Source of the DNA: Raillietiella orientalis
Taxonomy: Eukaryota
Direction of reading: 5' to 3'
Length of the DNA stretch: 64,000 nucleotides
Assembly: GCA_036172245.1 (NCBI GenBank)
Contig: JAYWIR010000007.1
Location: forward strand, 4,712,001-4,776,000
Shown in pieces: positions 39,041-51,000 of the stretch; the first letter of the stretch is position 1; each line of letters starts with the position of its first letter. The notes beneath the pieces were generated by a model that worked only from the letters and a program-made list of their open reading frames with translations, did not search any database and was not told the DNA's origin. The position numbers and the translations under genes were made by a program.

Positions 39041-42000
39041 CTAGGGATGAACTTTCTTCTTCTTGAGAGATTTCAGGGCGCACTTTGCAGCCGTGCACTT
39101 GGCGATTCTGTAGTTCCTTCCGATGCCGCGGAACACACCTTTGCCAAATATCTCGACGCTCACTCGAATTTTTTTCCCGTTCAGCAACCTTTCCGGTTTC
39201 CTGGAATAGGGGGAGGGGCGGAGATGGGGGGGGGGTCCGTCAGCACGCACGTGATCGGCAGGCCCGCTGCTGCTACCTACCCGAATTTCGCCGTTTCCGG
39301 TTCCATCTCCAGGAGCTCTCGGACCGGCGACTTGGGCACGTTGGCCGTGAACTTGTCTGAAAGCAAGCACACGCGCTGCTTAGAACGCGGATCGAAACAC
39401 GGGAACAGACGCGTGCGCGCGCGGCTCATCCCCCCCCCGGGGGAAGAACGGGGGAATCCCAAACGCGTGGGTGGCCCGGGCTGACCGGAAGGACGGGCGG
39501 AGGCATGCGTTCCTTCCGATCCACGCGAATCCGTTCCGCCGGCGCTTCACGAACTTCAAAAATCGAATGGACAGTTACGGATCACCTATTTCGTTCTTCA
39601 TCATCTTGTAGTAGATGTTCCAGACGGCGTCCAGGGACATGCCGCTGTCCATGTAGATTGCACCCGCAACGGACTCGAAAATGTCTCCCAGCACTTTTGG
39701 AACTTCGACGTCTTCGACTTCGTCGCAGTCGTCTTCCAAAATGTAATACTGCGCACCCGTTAAGGCCTTTCGGGACGCGTCGAAAGGCACGTACCTCCTC
39801 GTTAATTTTGTGCCCATTCTCGACCTGCAGGCTCACGAACTTCTCGATCACGCTGTGCAGCCCCGGGGAAAAGTGTTTGAAGTACTTGTGAAACTCGTAT
39901 TTGACTGCCAGTGACGCGAAGATGGTGTTGTTGACCAGGGCCGATCGCAGATCCGTCAGGACACCCGGAGAGTGCTGCCGGTGATCTTCGTACAGATGAC
40001 GAGTCACCAGGTAATCTGGACGGACATAAGAGGGTGGCCAGTCGAAACGCCCGACACTCACCGAGCACGGCGTCCCCCAAGAATTCCAGGCGCTGGTAGC
40101 AATCGGTCAGCTGATTTTCGTGGTAGGACGCGTGCGTGAACGCCTGCAGCAAGTACGATCGGTCTTTGAACCAATATCCAATCTGCGCCTCAAATCTGTC
40201 GTAGCCCGTCAATAGGTAGTCCAACTCTAATTGAGAAACTTCATCATGCTTCAATAGAGGGGACCCGGAAGGCGTCAGCACGCCATAGGTCGCGGCCCCT
40301 ATTTCCGGTAACACTTCCAGCCCCAGCCAGGACATGAAGAGTAGGGCTCCCCTTGGGCCACAACTGATCAGATATGCCCCTATTAAGGCTTCGACGCAGT
40401 CCGCTATGCTTTTGTCCGGTATACTGTGCTGGCTCAAAAGGTTGTACGGAACGAAGGAAGAATCCATCACTGCAAGGTCATCGACGGTCGCGAAATACGT
40501 GCACGCTTGAACTGCACTCGAGGATTCGACCTCGTCGGGTATGTAGAACCCTGGAGGTATCCAGTTTTCGTAGGGTTCGAATTTCGTCGCGACCATGCTC
40601 TCGCCAAACTGCTTTTGCTTGCCCAACTTGTACAACGTCAGGTTGCTCACTTGCTTCGAACGCACGTAGCTGAGGCGACCCTCATGCACGTTTGGGTGGT
40701 TCCAATACAGGTAGATGGTGATCGCGTATTTTAAAAAGGAATCACCGATGGTTTCCAATCTCTCGAGGTTGATCCCATCGTTGGCATTCGACATGGTCAG
40801 AGCCATGAGCAGAATACTCGGGTTGGGACCCGGATGGTCCCCCAACGGCGGCTGGTCGTCGAAGACAAAATGGGATTCGACGGGCGTTTCCTCGTAGACG
40901 GGTGCGACCTGCTTAGCACTCAACTCCTTGATTTCCTTGCACTTCCTGATAGCTTCGCGAGTTTCGGCGTCGTAATCCAGCCAACATTCGAGATCCAGTA
41001 TCTGCATGGGGGGTCGCACTGACATGATGTGGGGATCAAAATCCAACACCACTGGTTCACTGTTGCGGATGTACACATTACTGGCGACCGGGTTGGGCTC
41101 GGCAGCTCCTTCCTGACTGCCGGCGTCTTGGGATTCAGAGAGTATTTCGCTATACTGCTGCTTCCAATTCCAAGTGTCGAAGGTGGGTTCTTCGTGGTGG
41201 TTATCCCAGTGGCACGAATCGATAGCTTCCGCCGTGTTGTGGCCACGGAATTCTATCTTCAGCCCGCAGTTGTCGTGTTCTGGGTATTCCATGTCGTATT
41301 CGGAATCGGATCCATCGAAAAAATTCATGGACGTCACCGATTCCCAGTCGGAATCAATATCGTAATTTTCGAAGTTGCTGGGTGAACCACACCTCACTTT
41401 GTGCTTATGCAATATTTCTGGCCATCCAGATGCGCTGACCCCGAATTCCTCGTTGCTAGCGGATTGCAACACGATGAGGTTCGTCGGCAAGGCGGAGATT
41501 TCCTCGGCATCTTTCAGAGTCGGCGTCAAAAAATCGTTGGACCAGGTGCCGATTTCCATCATCTCGCATATGACCTCCTTGTTCAGTGTGGTCTGGGTAA
41601 GGTTGTCGGGCAGAGCAAGCGATCTTTGAGGGGGAAGCGTTTCAGAGTCCTTCTGAACTTCTGGATGAAATTCGCCGGGATCAGCTGGGTGAGGTGACTG
41701 CTGGCCACATTCGTCGATCCGCTGATCTTCCAGTTGACAAGTGTCGTTTTTGGGGGTCTTTGACGACAGATTCCAGCCGAAATCCAAGGACGGCCACTCG
41801 AAATCTACACAGCATCAACGATAGAGCTTTCAGTTAAGAGAATTACCATCTGCCAACACCGTCTGGCCCAATCCTATTTCTTCAGCAACGTTTAAGCGAA
41901 TCTGATCGGCTAGCAACAAGTTATTTATTCGATAAAGAATGCACGGTAAACACACAGCTTTTCGCCATAATGATGCTGGAAATGGATGAATAGTGCACAA

Positions 42001-45000
42001 TTCTGGAACTAAAATTACTTTCTGCTGCAAATTTTCGATTTTAGCTCGTTTGCTTGCTTCACTGCAAGTTGGCAATGCAATGCCTTTGCGATTTACGTAT
42101 CTTTTGAAATAAAGAGAGATTCAGGTGGTGGTGGTCGTGGATACAACATTTCAAGTACCTTGGAGTCAACAAATTCAATCTCGCTGATGTCAAGTCCACG
42201 TCTAGCAACGGTTGCTGCAGATTCTGTATCTGAATGCCGTACTTGTTCAAATAGTACTTTTCAAAAGTGTCGAATCCATCATCAGGAAAGGCCGAAGTTG
42301 GGTTCAGGTTTGTGCAAATCTCAGCAACATAGAAATACTAAAACACAAACACATTGATTTTTAATGAATTTTATGCAGTCCATTCTTAATGAGGAAACGA
42401 ATACAGAAAAGAATTTATGGATATGTCAGCAAGCCTTTTTCTTCTTCGAGTTTTGGGAAACCATCCAAAATAATTTCGGAGAGCAGCAAAAAAATATGCT
42501 TTCATGATCCTACCCAAATCCCGCTGATGGAACAAACTCATATTATGCATTCATTATTCTAACCAGAAAATGCTACCACATTTTGACAACTCTCAAAGAC
42601 TGCACGCAAGAGAGAATTTTCTATTACTATTGCTACTACTACTACAACGGCATTCCGGCTCGCTGTATTTGAAAGCATGAATTTGGTAATACGTTGGGAA
42701 AATGTGGTATTTACTAGAATGCAAGTAGAAAAAAAAAAAAAAAAATGAATTCTGCCAAAGAATGGTCACATCAAGGCGCTGTTACAATCAAAGTACACTT
42801 CCCTCGTGTCTGCCGATAAGAAACTTTTATTTCCACAAAACAACCGGAACACTTCGTGCCGTACACAGTTATTCATTTTGGAGCTGACCATTTATTTAAA
42901 AGTCATCTGCTCCTCGGAAACACCACAACCAATCTGAATTCTGACACATCAAAGCTTGGTTATTATTATTAGGATTCCAAACACTGACAAGGAAAGAAAA
43001 AACAAAAACCTTAAATTGTAGAAAAGAAGCGTCCCGAAAGAAGCTGAAATGCTGGCTGCTTCAGAAAAACGAAAACTCATACAAATAAGAATGAACCGTC
43101 CTTGGTCTTTTCCAGAAATTTCTTTCTCCATTTACTTATGCTACCAACGAGCACTGATGCACGACTACTCACCGAAGCTTTACGCGAATGTGACCGGTCA
43201 AAGCCACTTGACCTGCCATCAGCTTATACTGTGACTTGCTGAAAAGCAAAAAACACCTTCTAGGGGAAAGGCAAGCCTGCCAAAAGCAATTGCATACGGT
43301 GTTCCAAGGCTGCGACCGGATGAGAAAAGCGCAGAAACCGAAATCAAGAGCGTGTTGATCTTGGGATGAACATTCTGAATCACAGGGCTCTTCCACATCT
43401 CAACTGCTTCACCAGAATACCGAGAGACCATTCAAACTGGACCTTCCCCCGATCCGTCCCAACCTTCCTCTCGGTTGCTGCCTGCAGAATTTGGCAAACT
43501 CGCGGAGCACCCGGAAGCACTAAGGCAGGAAGACAGGCTGATGCTCAAAGAGCACGCAGGCGAGAAAGGCAAATCACCCGGCAGCTAAACACACCCTTAC
43601 CGGATCTAATAAGATTACAGTCAGGAAAACGGCGACAAACGTGGAAATTCCCATTCAGAATCTCAGGGAACTTCTCAACCATGATAGTTAGGAGAGGCAA
43701 ACCCTTCTGATCAAGAGGATGATGGAGGAACCATGTCTGTATGGAATAAGAAATCAATGCCAATAACATGACGGGCCCATTAATTCTCGAGACTACCAAT
43801 TCCGTTCAACACACCCAACACTGCAATCGGAGATACGCTGTTGGGCTTCTTTCCTTCTCTTGCCACATCTACCGCGGGCTCTTCATTACATGCTCGGCCC
43901 ACGTCTTCGTTTTGCCAAACCGTTAATCCTTAGATGCCTTGGAAAAAAAAACACGATGAAAGCGTTCTCCAGGATGCACGGCACCACTCAACGAGAATCG
44001 GATGATCACCCGTCGCTTTTTGTTCATTTCTCTTTTTACGTGAAGAAAAAGGCTCCACTGCCCTTTCCAGTTCCACGTGGATGATAATTATATGTCCTTT
44101 CTTCTTAAATACTGATGAATTGAAACTCAGTACGTGAAAAAAAATATTTTTTCTAGCCTTATTGCACTGAACTTCCACTGAGAGGAGGTACAAAAAGCAT
44201 CATTAAAAAACTCAACATGCTTCATCCCTAAAGATCCCTTCTTATCTCATTTCGCCTGATATTAAATGAATGCGAACAGCATTTTAGGTGATTCGTTTCA
44301 CACGACTGTAACAAATTTTCCATGCTTCTACCTTCTTGCATGAGATTCTAAATGGCTGTTTGCCATCACTCTTCAAGGACATTTTTCTTTACTTTCTTAG
44401 CTTAAGAGGAAGCATCCGCACATAATTTCAAACGTGCACATTACCATTTACGGAAATAAGGCTACCTTGACTCCAAATCAGAACTAAAAGCAATCCTATC
44501 ATTCTCGATTTGCATCACCTGACATATTGGTTGCATGTACAACCGTTTTGAACCTTAACACCATGCACATACATCAGATACACTGCATACATGCTTTCGA
44601 ATTGCCTGGCTCGAAGAGAAAAAACAAAAAACAAAACAAAACGAGAAAAACAAAAAAACTCAGCTGATGACTACTTGATTTTCTTTTCCGAAATTGACGG
44701 TTCGCAATTAATGCCATTTACAAATAGTTTAGTCCTTTTGCCATTTTGTAATTTGAATCTTCGGTCTTTCACAATATCCCAGAAATTTCATTTACAAAAA
44801 GAAAATATTATCCTCATTTTTTGGAAAGGAAATGTATTGACGGGAGCATAATTTCTTCCTGGACTTCAAATTGAGCAAAGCACTAAAAAATGAGCAAAAA
44901 AAACTTGATGCAAAGAACAGGTGTGCTGAACTGTTTGTGCTAGAAGCCAAAAACACAGCAAATTAAATTACGGTCCATAAACCTCTTAATAACATTTAAC

Positions 45001-48000
45001 ACAATCGAAATCTTTTGTGAGTATTGTGATACTGTTTCTCAAAGGAAATTAGTAAAATTATTTTCAAAACCTATTATAGATCCATTTCTTTATGGATTAA
45101 TGAAAGAATAAATTATAGCCTAAAATAATAAAACTAAAATGCTATGTGCTTTGAATTTCACATTAAAAAAGACCTCACAGCGCAGCAATTTTATAAAATC
45201 CTAAGAAATGCTTTCAATGTATCAGGCAAATTACTCAATTGAAGACCTGAACCTGACCTATCCTGTTTAATGACAATAAGAGTAATCAATTCATTGTATC
45301 ATGAATGCTTAGTCCTTATCGCATACAAACCTGTGGTTGATCTTGATTACGATACCATGGGTACACGACTGCATTTTCAAAACATTCTTTCTGAAAAACA
45401 AAATGTTCTTGCTGGTTACCACTTTTCTTGTCTTGATCATTACAGATTTTCTCAATAAACTCCCAGTTCAGTCTTTCGGATGCCTCTCCTGAACACAAAA
45501 CGTGCAATAGTAAAAGAGCAAAATAACTCAAGATTTTACCTTTGTATATGGGAACAATTAAAAATTTACATTCACTCTTTTCTAAACTAAATTTCATCGG
45601 AAACTTTTCCAATCTCAAAACTTGACTGAACACATATTGATGGAATTGCTGTAGTTTTTCTAACTGATGAGTGCTACAAACGGTATTGTCTTGTAGCAAA
45701 TCAAGCTGTACAGATACCTCTCCAGAACGGGTATATATAGGAAAAGGACATAACTACTGAAAGTTCAAGAAGCTAGGTTGAAGTTAAATTTCACCTTTGG
45801 AATAATTTTTGGAGTAAGAATTGCAAAATTCTCTGGTGAGTTTTCGGGTGGATGAATTTTTCTTCCACGAATATTTTGCATTTCAGGTATTGGGGCCATT
45901 AGCTTTAAATTAATTTTATAAAGGAATAGCGGTGTGCTAACAAATGGAGACTTGTCTCGAAAGCAATCTGAAACCTGGAAAGCTATCGATCAAAAAGTCA
46001 TAAACAAAAATACAATAAAACTACATAACAATAACAGTGGCTGTGTGCACAAAGACAAGACAAGTAAACACTCACTTTTTTATAGTAATACTGTCTTCTT
46101 TTAGTAGTTCCGGTTTTGAAAGGTGTATCAACCGAATCTTCCATGTTTTCATTCATTCCAAAGCATTTCCATTTAATGCTATCTTTTCCAACTGGTTGCA
46201 AATTCTCATCCAACTCATCAAGTGCATACAAAAGTACACAACACTTCAATGCGGCAGACATCTTTGCCAAAATGCTGCACTTAAACAAGTGCCCCTACAA
46301 TGCATTTTTAGGTGATTTAAAATAACGGGATTTCTTTATATACCGTGATAACTTGCTTTACTGGTGCATTTATTGGTAATCGCAAATGACATTGAAAGAA
46401 AACCTGATTCTCTTGGCGAAACTCTTTGATCTCCCATATTGGTGTCAATTTTGTAAAGGTATCACTTGGTAAGCGAACACAGTATCTAGAAATTCTCAAG
46501 TTAAAATTTCATCAGTATTTATTGGACTAGCCTGTTAATCAAATTAATTGCATCTGTCATTGTCACAATTACTGACTGGTTTAAAGAGGGCTGAAAAGCT
46601 GGCATTAAACAATTGGCATTTTCAAGTACATGAGGCCAATCTTGGAATACTTCAGAAAAATAATTACGACAGAGAAATATCTACAATAAAAACAAATCCT
46701 TTTATGAGCTCATTTTTTCCCCTACAAAATCAAGATCATATATAAATGCAAATATGTAAAAACCTGTTTCAGTGACTGGAATTTTGCTAATTTTTCTAAA
46801 TTTTGTTCATGCTTTTCTTCATCAATCATTATCACATGGAATGATTCATATGAAAGAGCTTGGCTTTTACATGCCACATAAAAGGCGAAATCCGAAGGAA
46901 TGTCAAATTGTATTATCAAATTGCACTTTGGGAAATCAACTCTATCATCCAAAATATTATTTGAAATGAGTAAATTGCATTCTTTCATTCGGAATCTGAA
47001 AACAATAAAAATCTGACATGACTATTTCCATGTGCAATTAAGATGCTTAATGATGAATGTGTTTGCGATTTTATCACATTTCTTTTCAATCAACCTTTTA
47101 AATATTCTTTTGACCATAAGCAAGGGGGACTGATGAAACTGCCTTTTAAGAAGAAATGTGAAAAATAAATAAAATTTCTTTTTCAAATAGCGTAAAAGTT
47201 CATGAATAAGATGAAGAAATGGCTTGGATGACAAACTCGCATGTAGAAGATTAACCTAACTATGTGAATTATACCAAACTTAAAAAGATGTTGAAGCGGT
47301 CGTATTAATGTGAAATGTGCCTATTTTGATGACTTGTACATCAGAATAGATAAAAGCATTCTTTTTAAAATATATCAATAGCACATAATGAATAGTTTAC
47401 ACTAAATTCTGCAATAGACACGTACACAGTCTGTACCAAATGGTGCAATTTTCTTGATTGTATAGTGTTTCTTGAATTGGTTCATCATGAATGCACTACA
47501 AAGAAATTACTGTTATTATCCTCTATAAATGCATATAAAAATTCATCAAGTAGGAAAAACAAACTGAAATCAAAGAAGAGTTGTCCACACACGCAAAACA
47601 AAATGAAAGTTCATCTTGTGAAATAAGGCTCATGAAAAATAACAAATTTTTTTTTTTGTAAGATAAGTCGTGGTTGAATATATGAAGCAAATTATCTGAT
47701 TAAGTCAAAGACACAACAGCCAAGAGTAAGCTAAATGAAATTATAGTAAAAATCTGCTTCAGTAGCACCAGATGATTAAATTATGAAATAATTTCCACAA
47801 GTTAATAAATAAAAAAAAAACAAATGGCAGCAAGCAGAAGAAATGATGAAAAAAATGAGATTTGATAGCATTTCAATAGATAATGAGAAATCAACTATAA
47901 AATCTAACCTACTATCCATTCAACAAATCACTTGCTTGAGAAAATCAACAAATCACTACTTGATAATGAAAAAGTGGTCATTTCATAAAATATGTGTATT

Positions 48001-51000
48001 TAATCACTTGCATAGCAGTGATCTGAAGCAGTGCTCGTGATCATGAAATCGAAAAACAAAAAAAAAATGGGATTGAAAAGAATCAAAACATTAAGGCCGC
48101 AAAGAATAATGCCAAGAGTGGTGTACATCCCATATAATTAACTAGTGAAAGTGACACTAAAATTCATTACATCCATAAAATACTTATTCTTGTGACATAG
48201 TGTTTTCATAACAGTGAGGACATTATTGTGCTCTTTGATTCATTTCACATTAGGAAAACAGACTGAGAATATATGATTTTCCTAGATGAAGCACATTTAA
48301 TTAACTGCTTGTGATAATCTGCAATAATATTCTGGATTCTGCACATTTTAACTTACTTTCTTAAAACATCTTCTTGTTTCTTCTGAAATCCTTCAGCCAT
48401 ATCACTTCCATGCTTCAAGAGGAATTGAGAAATAATGAAACAGAATTTTCTATCCATTTTTTTCAGTTCCTATTTAAAAAGGAAAGACAAAAAATAAGCA
48501 AGCAAATAAAAGCAGACAATTGTATCATCGAATTCTTTCAAATCTGTTATGAAAATCAATAAAAATGCTAAATAAACATACTTCAAAGTTTTAATTTATA
48601 CTTCTTGTGTATTAATGAGTCAACACCTGGTAAGAGTCTGTTCATAATGCAAAATCAATGTGCTTTCAATGTTTTTCATGCCTATTGTGGAGAAAATACG
48701 GATAAAGAAAATTATTTGAAACAGTTCGCAAACATCCTTCTTGATGTTCAAATGAGGCCTTGTGTTTAAAATCAATGTTAATACAATATAAATAACTTCA
48801 GGCTATAGTGTTTCTTTTATAACAATTTCATTTAGACATAACCTGCATGTAAAAATAGGCAGAATATATTGTGAATTGAATAATGTATCTTTTAAAGATC
48901 TGAATGACCTCAACGCAGGCTACCAGGAAAAAATGACCAATGATGACAATAAGAATCTAATAAATTTTGCAAAACTGGCTAAAAACTCACCATTACATTT
49001 ATAAAAATTTACACATTTCAACATTTCCTAATTTTGTATTATAAAAAACAGGAGAGGACTCACTTGCATTCTACATTCAATTTGCAAACACATAATTTAA
49101 GAGCAGTCTTAATGCTAAAAATTTTTTTTTGTCAAACCTACACAAGATGTGAGCTAAAATGCTAAAAATGTGATGTACTACTGCAATATTTTTTTCATGC
49201 TATATTTATGGCACAATGATTAGATAGTGGAAATAGGAAAGGAAATATGATATTAAATGCCCTTGCACATGCACACATTCAGTGAGAAAGTCTGAGATTA
49301 ACATTTCCTAGCAAATTCTTTTGGCACATGTTTCCCATTATACACATAGTATAAAATCAAAGATAATTATTTTCTTGAATAGTAATGGGATATTGTAAAG
49401 TAAAAGCTTTTTTGAAATGTAACTTCTGGAACAAAAAGTTTTGAAAATGGACATATATTTGGGTTCAGAGTCACCAGATGGTAACACATCATGAACCACA
49501 AGTAATTTTGTTTTTGTAACTAAGTGTTAACAATATATCTCGCCTGTATATTTGCTAACTATCACCATATCGTGCAACAAAATGCTAAATACTTTTGGCA
49601 ATTGAACCTCAGTTCATTATATAATTTTTCAGTCATACTCACTCTAAAAAATAAAGATAAGATACGAGCAGTCAAATTATTGTTGACAAAGATCGTACAG
49701 CACAACGAATGAATATCATCTGGATTGTATATGCCTGGTTTCTTTTCTCTATTTTTCTTCCCATTCTTAAGAAGTTTATGATGTCTATCTAAGATTTGAA
49801 AACCAGATTGGAGTGTATACAAGAAAATCTAGTACAATAATGACCTGCAACATTTAGGAACTTTAATGAGGATTTTCTACAACCATCTTTTTTAATCACA
49901 GTACCACATCTACACTTCAAAGTTTGTTTGGAAGATTCATTTAATAATTTCAGAGAAACTGAGTCAGCTGTAACTGTAGAGTAGCCATCAGCTGCACTCA
50001 TTATCACTGCTGTACACTTTTTGCACCTCAGTTCTTTCATATCTCCTACTTTCAATTCCTTTATACCTTTCCCATCTAAGGAGTTGATGTTATATGACAA
50101 ATTTAAGCTATCTGCAGAAATGTCAGCGAGATTATTTTCCACTGATGAACCAAGGTGATGATCGGAAAGAATTTTGGGACAATCCCCTTTGTGAAAGCTT
50201 TCATTACTGGCATCTTCAACTTTCGTTGTTTCAATTTGCTTGGAATTGAAGTTATTGATAATTTCAATTAAGCGACGTATTTTGGGGGATGTATATTGCA
50301 GCAAACCTTCAGAATTTTCGATCTGAATTTGCTTTTGATGATAAGCATGCCTAAAATACACATGAATGTATCAAAACAAAGAAAAATACAAATAAAGGAA
50401 TCAGAAAGCAATTAACAATAAAATGGGAGGAGAATAAAAACAAAGAACTACTTTTACAAAAGCAAAGCATAAGAATAATGGTTTGAGTTACATCTTAAAT
50501 ACAAGTAATCTCAAAAACAAAATCTACAAACACAAAAGCATGCTATACTACAAGCATGTAATATGCCTCATTTCAACAGATTTCGATCACAAGCATTGGT
50601 TCAGAAACGGTTCTGTCAATTAGCAAACACTTCTTTAAATGAGAAAACATCTAGACTACAGTACTTCCAACATATAAAGATCCAGTTTTAACGAACATCG
50701 ACAGTTGCTGATTAAAACTGAATCAGTTGCTACAATGATCAGCCAATTTACAAATGAGTATTTGCTGATTGTTTGCAAACTAACTTAAGATCTAGAATCT
50801 TACTGAAAAAAATCAAGAAACAGATAATGCAATTAATGATTCTCGATAAAACAACTATTCACAATTATATAGGCTTTTCCATGGGTTTTGTGTCAAGAGA
50901 TGTCTGATATTTATGTTTGTGAAGGAATAAAACCTTTACAAAATGCGCTTCCAATTATTCAGTTCCCCTGTTTCAACATACTGGACAAAAACAAAGGCTA

